Positions 14,568 through 26,410 of a stretch of DNA of 64,000 nt are shown one piece after another; position 1 is the first letter of the stretch, and every line of letters begins with the position of its first letter. The position numbers were made by a program, and so were the translations under genes. Under the pieces are notes generated by a model. That model had not been told where the DNA came from, ran no database searches, and saw nothing but the letters and a program-made list of their open reading frames with translations. The DNA is from Phoronis australis (lineage: Eukaryota; Animalia; Phoronida): NCBI GenBank assembly GCA_002633005.1, contig NMRA01000349.1, positions 368,684 to 432,683 of the forward strand, given 5' to 3'.

Positions 14568-15684
14568 GTTTGTGACATTTCAGCAGCTTGCGTGCATTTC
14601 AATACTGACGAAGAAAATTATAGCGCGTTTAATTTGATATGAGAATTTTTGTGAATAGTCTTCTAGTTACCTAGGACCCTCAGGACACCAGAAAAATGTC
14701 CAAATTTAGCTGATTTCGGAACCTCGAATCTCAGATATGACTGACTGGAGTCGTATGAAACTTTCAAATGCTACGTTTCATGCACCGTTCTTACAAACGC
14801 TTACAGGAATTGTTTTTGGAATGCTCTCCCTTTGCTTGAGGACGGTTACAAAAAATAGGACTTTTATGATTTTCTGCTGGTTTTGACTTTTTTTTTTACC
14901 GCTGGTGACGGTAATCCTACTTAGTGTAGTATTTCTCAACCCCTAAAATGCTTCAGATTTGACTTTTGTGCGAGTGAATACTAAATCAGAGTTCCCTTTC
15001 GCTGAAATCCGTCAATAGATGTGAGTGAAACATTAACCATTGACATTTTTATATGCTCAGTGACGAGATATTAGTTCTGTCATTGATTTCGAGATGTCCA
15101 CGTTTCAAGTTTATGAGCTGAATGTCATCGATTTACTTTTTAATACTGTTTGCACGTAGCTGGGTGTAGTTTTGGTGTTGAAATTCGAACCTTATTACAA
15201 GCCACATTGTTTGAGGAGCAATTAATTGCGCGAAGTCATGGTGTTGATTAAATATAATGGCTGTACTATTTGTTGACATGAATTGGGGAAAATCAAAGAC
15301 AATGTCAGTTCCTTGATTGCTAAAAGTAATTGTAAGAATTTTCCATTCTTTAAAAGCTGATCGCCCTGATAAAATAGCAGTTTTACTTAGTGTTTTGTGA
15401 CATCTGTAACGTAGAAAATATATCTGAAACTAAATAAGGCGATCCAGATCCTCCCAAGGATACTATTGTTTCATGAAATGAAGAATATAAATAGGTAAAT
15501 AAAACAACATGAAAGGATCAACTGAAATTTGAAATTTTCGGAGGTAACAACTTCCTTTATCAACAAAAACAGAAATAAAGTAAAATCAAACACAAAATGA
15601 CAATTGTGGCGTGCATACCACGCCTGAATTTCTAATACACAAACATCTTTAAGCCTTGTCTGCACGCCACCTGTTGGCCACATC

Positions 15685-15822
15685 ATAGCTAGAGCATCTT
15701 CACGGTTAGCAGAAGGTCCTGAGTTCGAGTACCTGTCGCAGTCAGAAATTTTTTCAGAATTTCATTAGGTCATCATATGATGTGGCCAACGGATGGCGTG
15801 CAGACCAGACTTAAAAATGTTT
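15685..15822 (+). mobile_element. tRNA-derived SINE fragment, preceded by an inverted copy of its own 3' end
   Basis: gctagagc...gagttcgagtacc (B-box-like). Shares its body with the copy at 27883-28016. Confidence 0.6.
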
Positions 15823-16510
15823 AATTTTCATGCCTGTTCAAGATTTCAATGTGGAAGCTGCAATACACTCCAGAGTCGAACAAAGTAAAGTTTGATTTCG
15901 ACCACAATTTGTCTCAACTTGTATCTTACTCAAATGCATAATGAGAAGCAGGTTTTGGTCATGCAAAGAATTGACAGTTTGTCATTGCTTGAGACGGTGC
16001 ATTTCTGGTTGTTATATACTGCTGTTTGACCCCTTACCCTTCCTGTGTGACCCCTGACCCTTCTTGTGTGACCCCTGACCCTCCTTTTGTGACCTACCTT
16101 ACTGGTTTGAGCAGTTTATGCACATTTCTCAGCAAAAGCATCGGATGATTTTTGCTCCATAACGAGAATTACAGGTGCTAACATAAAAATGCTATTTAGA
16201 AGTATAAAGCAATAAGGTTGATATATAAACATATACAAAAATGACCACTGCTTCAGGTAAAAAAATCCTCGTCTCTAAGAATTGAATATTTGTATATGCC
16301 CTCCGTGATTTTGAAGGTCACACACCTTCATTGAACTACTTTCAGTGTAACATTTTTAAAATGTAAAATATTGAAAAGACAACCATTCCAATGAATAAAT
16401 AAATATGAGTTTTGAACACTGATAGTATAAACTGTCCTGTTGCATTCTGTAACTCAGTTCTTAGTATGATGTTTTTGGTATCCTCATTTTTTACTCTTCA
16501 TATGTTACAG

Positions 16511-16636
16511 TTGTGTGACACGTATCCTCGACACATCTACGTTCCGTCGACGGCCACCACACCAGTACTTGTGGGCAGTTCCAAGTTTCGTAGCCGAGGA
16601 CGCCTACCTGCCCTGTCTTACCTTCACACTAACCAG
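16511..16636 (+). CDS. MTMR6/7/8: MTMR6/7/8-like exon
   Basis: AG/GT bounded, 126 nt. LCDTYPRHIYVPSTATTPVLVGSSKFRSRGRLPALSYLHTNQ. Confidence 0.96.
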
Positions 16637-17122
16637 GTGAGGGCTTGTTACATTGATTACATACTGCTACGCAGGCCACCTGGTCGTGAAATGCATTTGA
16701 ATCAGCCATGAGTCTCTGACAGTTGGTTAACGGACAATTTATCATTCATTTAGTTTGCTGTGAAATTACTGACCTAGATTGATTTCATTGAGAAAAAGTT
16801 TTATTGTATTATTATTATTTTGATTGTCCAATATCTTGGTGTTGCATGAGCTTAAATTTTCTGGTGTGCGGAAAATCTAGCATTTTGTAGCCCCGAAAAC
16901 TCTGGATAATACATCATAGTCTCTTAGTAGGTGACTGGTCTTTAAATTCAATGTCAACTTAATGCTGGCTGTTTCTTCATTGTGGTGTCATACCTGATAC
17001 TGATTTTCGATCAGTTAATTAAGTGTCTTTGTGGATATTTTGACTGCTTGGAGAATGGTGACATCACTATTTATTTGAGGAGAGACCTCTTCCCTACTGT
17101 GGTGTCAAATTAGGGATATTTC

Positions 17123-17433
17123 CAGGACCGGATCCAGGATTTTGAGTTAGGGGGGCCAGGACACAGGAATAACTAGAATTTCAGCAAGTGCACGTACTCA
17201 GCCTACAATGTGGGAATGCGGGGGTCTCGAATTTTGGGTTTGCGGACCTGTTGACTAAAAAAAACGGTCAACGGGGTTTGTTCAGGGCCTATGCATTGTT
17301 TATTCAGTCCCCGAGCCCCCTTGGTTGCGTGCATGTGCTAGTCAGCAATTCGCATCCGAACTCCCAAATGGTATCTGGTAGAATTTTGGGGGGCATGGCC
17401 CCCTTGCCGCCCCCCCCCCTAAATCCGCCACTG
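17123..17433. mobile_element. Non-autonomous DNA transposon (CAG..CTG termini), 5-bp TSD ATTTC
   Basis: atttc|caggaccggatcc ... aaatccgccactg|atttc. Homologous to 57573-57800. Confidence 0.75.
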
Positions 17434-17451
17434 ATTTCAGTAGGTGATGTG

Positions 17452-18232
17452 CTAGCCATAACTATAACTGCTCTGTGTCCCTCTGGTCAGCACCTGGCTG
17501 GCTCCAGTGCCCACTATGATGTCTAAATCATAGTAATAACTCATGTTCATTACAGACTGCTCCATGTCACAGCAGTAGTCAGCAACTGGCTGGCTTCAGT
17601 GACCTCTATGTTTCAGTCATAACAAACACATACTAGGTTCATTGCAGGGTGCTCTTTGTCACGGTATGCAGTGGCTGGCTATCTGGCTACTTGGCTAGAT
17701 GGCTAGCTGGCTAGCTTCAGTGCCTACTGTAGCCTCACGTAAATGACTTGACACAGAGCAGCTTACACTGAGCAGATGATTGGGCACAAGTATGTGTGTA
17801 AATGTGACTGACATGGAGCAAAGTGACACCCCAGCGACCATTCGATCAGTTGCTCCGGTGTCAACTACACGTCAAGACACAAACTGGGGCAAGGCGGAAG
17901 AATCATCTTTTATTGGGCTTTTGCGCTAGACATGTACATGCAGAGGATCATATTGTTTTGGACGTTCGACGTTGTTAATTCGAACACCCACAGACCGTCT
18001 TTGAATAATTGACTTACATGTTGATCCAGTTTGCAATTATGTCGTGTAAATGCAATTGAAATGGAGCAGCTTGTGCCGTGACATCTTGCGCCATGGCAAG
18101 TGTTCCTCGTGTGAGAACTGCTCATGGTGTCTAAAACATAACAATAACTTCCGTATGTTCATTACGGGCGCTTGCTAGCTTCAGGGTCTGCTATGATCTC
18201 CTGACCATAACTATAGCTTATGTTCATTTCAG
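17452..18232 (+). repeat. Degenerate duplicates of the acceptor and 5' end of exon 18233
   Basis: tgttcattacAG|actgctccatgtc..agtagtcagcaactggctggcttcagtg (AG at 17554) and ggttcattgcAG|ggtgctctttgtc (AG at 17646), compared with the functional tgttcatttcAG|gctgctctatgtcgtagtagtcagccactggctggattcagtg. Confidence 0.75.
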
Positions 18233-18367
18233 GCTGCTCTATGTCGTAGTAGTCAGCCACTGGCTGGATTCAGTGCCCGGTGTGTTGAAGACGAGCAGAT
18301 GCTACAGGCTATTCTTAAGGCTAACCCCAACTCTAATTACATGTATGTGGTGGATACAAGGCCCAGG
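18233..18367 (+). CDS. MTMR6/7/8: MTMR6/7/8-like exon
   Basis: AG/GT bounded, 135 nt. AALCRSSQPLAGFSARCVEDEQMLQAILKANPNSNYMYVVDTRPR. Confidence 0.96.
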
Positions 18368-18443
18368 GTAGGTCATATCTAGATGTAGGTCATATCTAGA
18401 TGTAGGTCATATCTAGATGTAGGTCATATCTAAATGTAGGTCA
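18368..18443 (+). repeat. 17-bp tandem repeat starting exactly at the splice donor
   Basis: gtaggtcatatctagat, about 4.5 copies; units start at 18368, 18385, 18402, 18419 and 18436. Confidence 0.95.
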
Positions 18444-19392
18444 AACAAAGAATTTGTCATGTAAATTAGTTACAATAAACGGCCTTTGGTTTATTGTCCT
18501 TACTAAAATTGTTGGCATAAAACATTTCGGATTTATTGTGTTATGTTTTTAGCAGTATTTAGCATCCTGCGTTTCATAAAGTGGTGCTTACGTTACGGAT
18601 AGGCTGGCTGAGGATATCACCATTGCTCACCTTGAACCCCAGGGGGTTACTTCAGTGGAAGATGTATAAGGGACGTGCCACTCAGAGGAGTGGCCTTTTC
18701 ACAATCAGTTCCCCTGCGAGTAGGAAAAGGTCCCTTTTGTAATAAAATTCCCTCCAAAAGAGTGCCTGTCTGACAAAATTTCCTGCCAAAGTGTTCACTT
18801 TGATAGTTTGAAAATCTAGGAAAGGTTCCCTTTTCTAACTACTAAAATGTACGAATTTAAAGAGTTTTATTATCTATATTTTAAAAACTTTTGTTGCAGC
18901 CGATGTACTTATTTTTGAAAACGTGACATTTCAGGCTTTATGGCTAAACAATTTTATACTTAACCCTAGTTGAACCATTCTCTTGGCAACTGCATCAGAT
19001 GCATGTGATTGATATCTGCACCATGATGTCCCCTGTTATTTTTACCTAATTAAATGTACTCATTAGACTTAATAGTGTGGAAATGACACAGTGTCGGTTC
19101 TATCTAACGCCTCCAATGTCAAATCAGAACAATTCGTATGATCAGTCAGTCGCTATACACGGGTGGTTGTTACTGCATTCACGAAACATCACAGTACTCG
19201 CCTATAGCTGAGGAACTCTCCGAAAGAATAAAATACCACCAGGTATGAGAAGGCAAGATGCCACAGAGCTGCGTGTTTTAACGTGTTGTAATGTTGAGGG
19301 TAAAAATCACCTACAGTTGTAGAATTGTTGACTTGCGTTAGGAATGTTCAGATGTTGCCAAATAGCATGACGTGTGTGCCATCTGTTGGCAG

Positions 19393-19525
19393 ATCAACGC
19401 TATGGCTAACAAAGCAGCCGGAAAGGGTTACGAGAGTGAGAACTTCTACTCCAACATCAAGTTCATGTTTTGGAACATTGAGAACATCCACGTGATGAGG
19501 GGTAGTCTACAGAAACTGGTGGAAG
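19393..19525 (+). CDS. MTMR6/7/8: MTMR6/7/8-like exon
   Basis: AG/GT bounded, 133 nt. [44 protein letters not shown]. Confidence 0.96.
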
Positions 19526-20939
19526 GTACGCTGTTCTCCTCACTACCGTTGTTTAGTTTCCACGAAGGAAAAAATTGGTTCTCCATTTGTGTGTACATGT
19601 AGATATTTCCTAGTCTTTGTTGTGTGCTATGACGACAAATTAAAGCTCTCCCCTTTCACTTTCTTCTTAAATATGAGAGGTAGAAATTTGCTTAGTAAGT
19701 CACAAAAAGACGATTTTTGGCTTATTGAATCTAAGTGAGCAACTAGGTGTCCGTTGAAATTGGAGCCCCAGTGTAAAACAGGCGAATTGCAGGCGACCTG
19801 TTGTAACTAATTTCAATTCAAACAAAAGATAAGAACATCACCACATTGCTTTGGAAGATCAAATATGCCCATAAAAACAGTTGATATTTTAACACCAGTA
19901 TATGGTTCGTGGTAACTCTGAATTAACACCTCCAGAGGGCTTTGGTTGTTATCTGGCTGAGTTTACACTGCATGTCTCCAAGTTGTAATTGTTTTCATGC
20001 ACTTCATGTAAGTGTAGCGTACAAATGTTTCTGCTGAAAGGCAATCTTTACTTTACTTTCACCAGTTTAGAGTTTAATCAATCGAGAGATATCCAATAAA
20101 ATTGGAACATTTCGTAAATTAAAGTTCTGGATGTATTGTGTTTTTACTGGCAATTCATAAAAAGTGAAGTTCATTGCTACTCAATGGTGGTGGCCATTTT
20201 GTCGGTGCACCACCAGAAAGTCAAAAATTCTTTAAAAATTCCACGTTTAATTCTGGTTATTTTGAAAACATTGTATGAAGTGGTGAAAGAGCATAATTGG
20301 AAAATAAGTTTCAACTAGATAGGTTTGCGGTTAGGATTCTTTTCAAGAAGTTTTTGACTGTAAAAAGGCAGAAAAGGTACATCCAAACTGTGAGAGTTCA
20401 TCTTTTTAACTGTAGTGCTTCGTTTCTGCCTCAAGTTAAAGATGAGAAAACTTATTAAACTAATCAGAGCAAATTGCATTGCAGGTAATAGTCACTTACT
20501 GGAGTCCCGGACTTTGAGAACCAGTTTCCTCCTCTGAATAACAGGTGTCAAACTGGTTCTCAAAATGTATCTTTTGAGCTAAATTTTAATTGTAGAAATA
20601 CACAGTCACGTAACCCAATTGATAACAGATTGTTAACATGTCAAAAATCAAATTCTACGGGCTTTTTACTTTCAGAAAATGTGTACTTTTACTTAATCTA
20701 AAACAATTTTTTTCTAAATGCACAGACCTGTGGATAAGGTCCTACAAAACACTAAGATTCATTTGGGAGCTGTCACTCACATACCTATACACTGCATTGG
20801 GCACGCCCTCTGTGGATAATGTGAAAAACTGAAAGACCCTTAAAGTCCACAAAGAGCTCAACAGGTGGTAGCGGTATTGTGTTGTCACGCTGTTTCTCAC
20901 ACGTCTCAGCAGTTTTGCGCTTTTCAAATTTCTCTGCAG

Positions 20940-21049
20940 TTTGTGGCATGAAAAACCCTACCATGAGTTCATTCCTGTCTGGCCTTGAGAGCAGTGGGTG
21001 GTTGAAACATATCAAAATTATTATGGAGACGTCAGCCTTCATCTCTAAG
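20940..21049 (+). CDS. MTMR6/7/8: MTMR6/7/8-like exon
   Basis: tctctgcAG|TT...AAG|GTaag, 110 nt. (V)CGMKNPTMSSFLSGLESSGWLKHIKIIMETSAFISK. Confidence 0.96.
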
Positions 21050-21383
21050 GTAAGCGCTGCCACTAGCCATGGCCATTTTGTTAATTATTGCTCAGTAGTA
21101 TTTCTGTACCTAATGTTTGAAATATTTAGTATTCCTGGAATGTTTAATGACTCTGTGCTCAATCTAGTTAAAACACATTCCATTGTGTTGATTAATTCGT
21201 GCACTTCTGGGCATATACTCCATGGCAATCTCTACAGGGTCTTTGAGTCTACGAGTATTTCATTCAAAAGTGATGATCTGTGCTTTTGGGACTGATTAGT
21301 AATATTGATTTATCAATTCCAGATTACATATTCAGCAAATTATCAACATACTTGTTCATTGCTCATGTAGTTGACAATCCCAT

Positions 21384-22260
21384 TAATGTGAACAAATTAA
21401 TTAATTTCCAGGCTTTTCAAGAGGGCGCCACTGTGTTCTTACACGCTGTTCACTTGGATGAGATCTCTAAGTTATGTGAGCCTGTTTATTCCTCACTAAT
21501 AAGAAATGCACCAATGTTCATGTACACTGTTCACATTGATTAGATCTCTAAATAATGTGAACATGTTTGTTGCAGTCTATGCAGAAAGGCATCAACGTTC
21601 ATGTACACTGTTCACGTAGATTTTACTTCTAAGTAATGTGGTTATGTTCATTCCTGACTTTTCAGAAAGGCACCAGTGTTCATGTGCACTCTTCATGTAG
21701 ATTAGATCTTTAAGTAATGTGGGCATGTTTATTCTAGACTATGCAGGAAGGCACCAGTGTTCATGTACAATGTTCACGTAGATTAGATCTCTAAGTAATG
21801 TAAACATGTTTATTCCAGACTATACAGGAAGGCACCAGTGTTCATGTACACTTCACGTGGATTAGATCTCTAAGTAATGTGAACATGTTTATTCCAGACT
21901 ATGCAGGAAGGCATAAACGTTCGTGCACACTGTTCTCATAGATTTTATCTCTAAGTAATGTGAACATCTTTATTCCAGTCTTTGCAGAAAGACGTCAGTG
22001 TTCATGTACACTGTTCACATAGATTAGATCTCTAAGTAATACAAACATATTTATTCCAGGCTTTGCAGGAAGGCATCAGTGTTCATGTACAATGTTCATG
22101 AAGATTTCATCTCAATGTACTATGAACATGTTTATTCCAGACTATGCGGGAAGGCATCAGTGTTCATGTATACTGTTCACGTAGATTAGATCTCTAAGTA
22201 ATGTGAACATGTTTATTCCAGACTATGCAGGAAGGCATCAGTGTTCTTGTACACTGTTCA
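21384..22260 (+). repeat. 81-bp tandem array (about 10 copies plus the functional one) of the acceptor and first 39 nt of the catalytic exon
   Basis: Unit actatgcaggaaggcaccagtgttcatgtacactgttcacgtagattagatctctaagtaatgtgaacatgtttattccag. Exon-like starts at about 21412, 21494, 21576, 21657, 21738, 21819, 21898, 21979, 22060, 22141; the real exon starts at 22222. Confidence 0.95.
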
Positions 22261-22344
22261 GATGGCTGGGACAGAACAGCTCAGACATGTTCACTCGCCA
22301 GCATCATGTTAGATCCCTACTACCGAACCATACAAGGCTTCCAG
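22222..22344 (+). CDS. MTMR6/7/8: MTMR6/7/8-like catalytic exon (CX5R P-loop intact)
   Basis: ttattccAG|ACT...CAG|GTac, 123 nt. [41 protein letters not shown] contains [10 protein letters not shown]. Confidence 0.97.
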
Positions 22345-23020
22345 GTACTAACTTGCTAATATCTCAATACATAGTGCCCTTAAACTAACTTTTAAGTTAG
22401 TTAACTTAAAAGTTTATTTGCTCACTGAATAAGTGGAAAATAAGGATAACACTGATAACACTAATTTAGGACACAAAATGACGTCAGGTGAAATTTTAGT
22501 GTCTCTTTTTTTACACATATAGATATACGGTACCAGATTGGTGCTTTGTCATATCCAAGCTATGTACCATAACTGCCAACAGACAATAGTTTGAAAAATC
22601 GGGGCATTCACAACAAAGTTAGAACCCCTTGAAAATTGAAAAGTGCAATTTTGGCGATAATTTGTCTCAAAATGGGTAAGATTTTACAGTAATCTTCCAA
22701 CGCAGCATATCAGGTTGTTGACTCAGTGCCGTGAAGCCAAATGTTCATCTGCTTCTGTGACAAATTTATTTTCTGTTGTTTGCCTTTAAAAGTTCATCAA
22801 TAAGTTAAATGATGTTTGAGTCTAGTTGACAGTATTAGATAGAAATTTGATTTTGGGATTCGAGATGTGTTGGTCATTGCTACAACCTCCCGTTCGTGCA
22901 TTTTTAAATTCTATTGTTGACATTTTGTGATAGTCTTGATAGATTTCTGCGCAATTGACTTTTCTGTAATCTCCCATAATCCCTGCATCGTTCCTAACAC
23001 TTCCTGTTTGTCTTTTTCAG

Positions 23021-23274
23021 GCTTTGATCGAGAAAGAGTGGTTATCATTTGGTCACAAGTTTACCGACAGGTGTCGTCTGCTAGATGTAGTCGATCCTAA
23101 GGAAGAGTCTCCCGTCTTCACTCAGTTTGTCGACTGTGTCTGGCAGATGAGTCAGCAGTTCCCGTGTGCATTCCAGTTCAACGATCGCTTCCTGTTGGCG
23201 CTCCACGATCACGTGTATTCTTGTCAGTTTGGCACGTTTATAGGAAATTGTGAAAAGGATCGTCTGGATTTGAG
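23021..23274 (+). CDS. MTMR6/7/8: MTMR6/7/8-like exon
   Basis: 254 nt, ends in phase 2. ALIEKEWLSFGHKFTDRC...SPVFTQFVDCVWQ...SCQFGTFIGNCEKDRLDL. Confidence 0.97.
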
Positions 23275-23954
23275 GTGACTATAAAGTATTCTTGTAGATG
23301 TAAGCAAACGACGAGATGATGGGTTTGATAATTTTCAAAATCATGGGAAGCGTTTTGCTTGTAGTGGCAAGACATATGCGACAAATACTTCTTTTTAGAT
23401 GGGATTCCACCATTCTACAAATTCATATCCGAACACTTGACATAAAGCCACATTGTCGTCAACACTTCCTTATTGGCACTGCATACTGCAGTTGAGTTGT
23501 TGAAGTCTCGGAAAATGAGAACGTAAATTAAGATTACACATCAGAATTCAGTTATTCGTGGCAAGAATCTGGGCGTTACATGTATTACTAAGAGATTTGA
23601 TTCCTTTGACTTTGTTTTTGCACATTACATCATGACTTGACAGATCTTAGTTATTGTTTTTCTGGCAGTTATCGCAGGTGTCTATTATAAAATCGTTTAT
23701 CGTTTTCCATGGTTGTTTTTTGTCGAAAAATGGTGTATGTGTTCACTTTAACTATAAATCTGCATGAAGTGGTGGGTGATCTGTCATTGCTTTGTTGGTT
23801 TGCTCAAAAAGACAGATTTATCATTAGTCTTGTTTTCATTACCAAAATTACATCCAGTCTTTTTGCTGAGCTTTTAGCTCGGATTTATGTCAGTCGTCAG
23901 CTTGTTTAGTCACCACACATCCGTTTCCTGCATAACTTGTTGTCGTTTTTTTAG

Positions 23955-24089
23955 GTTGTCCGAGCGAACCTACTCCCTGTGGGGATATATGGCCAACACA
24001 ATGGGCGACTACATCAACCCCCTCTATAAGAAGGAATATGAAGCAGAACATCCAATAATCATACCCAACACAAGCCCACAGTGCTTTAA
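23955..24089 (+). CDS. MTMR6/7/8: MTMR6/7/8-like exon
   Basis: 135 nt, phase 2 to 2. (R)LSERTYSLWGYMANTMGDYINPLYKKEYEAEHPIIIPNTSPQCF. Confidence 0.95.
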
Positions 24090-24393
24090 GTAAGCCTTAA
24101 TCTCAATCATTTTATTATGGAGTGCCAAACCATCTGATTGGGTTTTCCTTGCATTGTAACATGAAATTTCAGTATTTTGTTGATCTGGGCCGATTCCTAA
24201 AATTTAAACTAATTAATGCCATTCCATCTTAAATGTCACGTGGTACTTAAAAGAAATAATAGGACATTCTTGTGTTTGTGTCAGTTCGTTCGCATGATTT
24301 TTGGTCGATTGCCCGACTTCAAAAATAGGTATTAGAAATATGCGCAAACGTAGCTACCTGTGTAATAATGTAAATGTCCATTTTTCTGTGCAG

Positions 24394-24520
24394 GTTTTGG
24401 AGGGGTATGTACAATCGTTTTGAGAATGGTGTGCATCCCCGTGAGAGTATCTCTGACGTACTTGGTGCTATGAGAGACCACAGTGTGTCTCTGGATGACC
24501 ATGTCCAGCTACTGCAGAAG
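24394..24520 (+). CDS. MTMR6/7/8: MTMR6/7/8-like exon (end of phosphatase domain, start of coiled coil)
   Basis: 127 nt. (K)FWRGMYNRFENGVHPRESISDVLGAMRDHSVSLDDHVQLLQK|GTatg. Confidence 0.95.
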
Positions 24521-26261
24521 GTATGCAGCTCACTTTCGCTAGGTTGAGAACGTTTAGACTCTGATAGGCCACCACAAATTTCAGTCTATACTCGGCCTAT
24601 CCCATACTCATGCGACCTATCCGATGTCAGCATGATCGGGCAATTTTGTTTCGGATTAGTGGTAGAGTTCGGAGATCTTTCTATGCCGGTGGCCGGACAG
24701 CGCTCCCTATATCGTGACCTCTAGTGATAACTCTCGTCAGAGCGTAGTTAACTTTTCCCATTGCAGGGGAGTTGTTCAAGTCTGTAGTTTAATCCACCTG
24801 TTTTGAAAGTAGTTATGGTAATTTTTTAAGTGTGGACGTTCGCTTTTTGCCCAACCAGTACTCCACAAAACAAGAGTTGCGGCATTGATGAAAAAGTGAC
24901 AATAAACTTTTACGAGCATTAGCGTGTTTAATTAGCTGACTCTGAGGAGCACAACCTGGCTTTTCATAGTTGCACTTATCTTGCACACGTCGAGATGTTT
25001 TATCAACTGTTGTGAGATTATGGGCCTACAGTTCAAGCCAATGAAGTCAGGCGAAGTGACCTGCAATTCCCTGTCAAGACCACTGGGCAGAAACCAAATT
25101 CACTGTGAGAGCAGTCTTCCCCCATGGCCGAGAATTAAGGATAATTAGCTGGAAAGTTAACAAGGTGGCTAGGCCATTATGAAATTTAAATTTTGTTATC
25201 GTAATAGCTATTACTAGTCATTTTTGCTGTCCAATGAATTAGCCTATCATAATGGGGGAATGGTATTATGTCTGATTACTTTCGTTTTGTACTGTATGTG
25301 GTGTCAGATTACAGTTACAATGTTGATAGTCATTAAGGCACAATTGAGCATTAGTTTTGTTGACTAGCTTAAATTGGCTGCTATGAAATGTAGAAATTGC
25401 AATTGTTTGTAGCTGTGTGGCCACATGTTTATCTTGATTGTATTGGATTATCACAGACTGTAACTATCACTGTGTCCCTGTCTTGTTTACATGCAGAAAG
25501 TGAAGTAAGCTCACTTTCCCTGGTTGTCAATCTTATGTTGTCCAGTAGCACCATCTTTATGTCACTGGGCCACTAACTACAAGATGATGTCGTCATGCGC
25601 ACGCCATGTTTGAGGGGTTCTCTTCCTCTTCAAAATGTGGAGCATTCTTTAATTTGCCACTTGTACACGAGGAGCTATTAAAAAATAGGACTTATATGAT
25701 TTTCGTGAAAAATTGTGTGAAGTTGCATAAAAAAATGAAATCGTATTGTAGAAAGAGTTTTTGAGATTTCATTTTGAACATTTATATGAAATGAAATTTG
25801 ATCTTGTTATTGATACTGTTGTTTTGCTATGATTGCATCTTTCTTTTTTGTTAAATTTTACTAAAAAGACATGGTCATGTGACCCTGTTAATGACAGATT
25901 GGTAAAAAGTCGATAGCCAAAGTCTTCAGGCTTTATACTTTCCAAAAATGCATAATTTTACTGAGTTAAATCAATAAGTTTGTAGATATTTTATTTACCT
26001 AAAAACAAGGTCTTGTCAATAAGGTCTTACTTAACGTCAAAAGGAGACTGCATTTTCGGAGACCCAAAAACCTTGTATTCAAGCTAAGACAAAACATTTT
26101 TGAGACTTTTAACCTTCCAAAAATGTCTCACATGAACATCATTCCAAGCATAATACAATAATTGTGAAGAACTCATCACCTTATTTATAAATTTGAATTG
26201 TTTTATTTCTGACAAACACAAAATCAAAGTACAACAAGATTCACCAATGAAACTCATTTGA

Positions 26262-26410
26262 TGTTCCAGCATAATAGTCACACTAACTGTGGCACTGTTG
26301 TGTTCCAGCATAATAGTCTTATTAACTGTGGCACTGTTGTGTTCCAGCATAATAGTCTTATTAACTGTGGCACTGTAGTGTTCCAGCATAATAGTCCCAC
26401 TAACTGGCAT
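26262..26410. repeat. 39-bp minisatellite, about 4 units
   Basis: Unit gttccagcataatagtcttattaactgtggcactgttgt. Confidence 0.9.

Noticed and set aside
15405-15640. Solo LTR starting TGTAAC
   Set aside because: No matching end or TSD; treated only as a dispersed repeat shared with 58473.
21384-22260. CRISPR-like array
   Set aside because: Whole 81-bp units repeat with no unique spacers, the context is a eukaryotic intron, and there are no cas genes.
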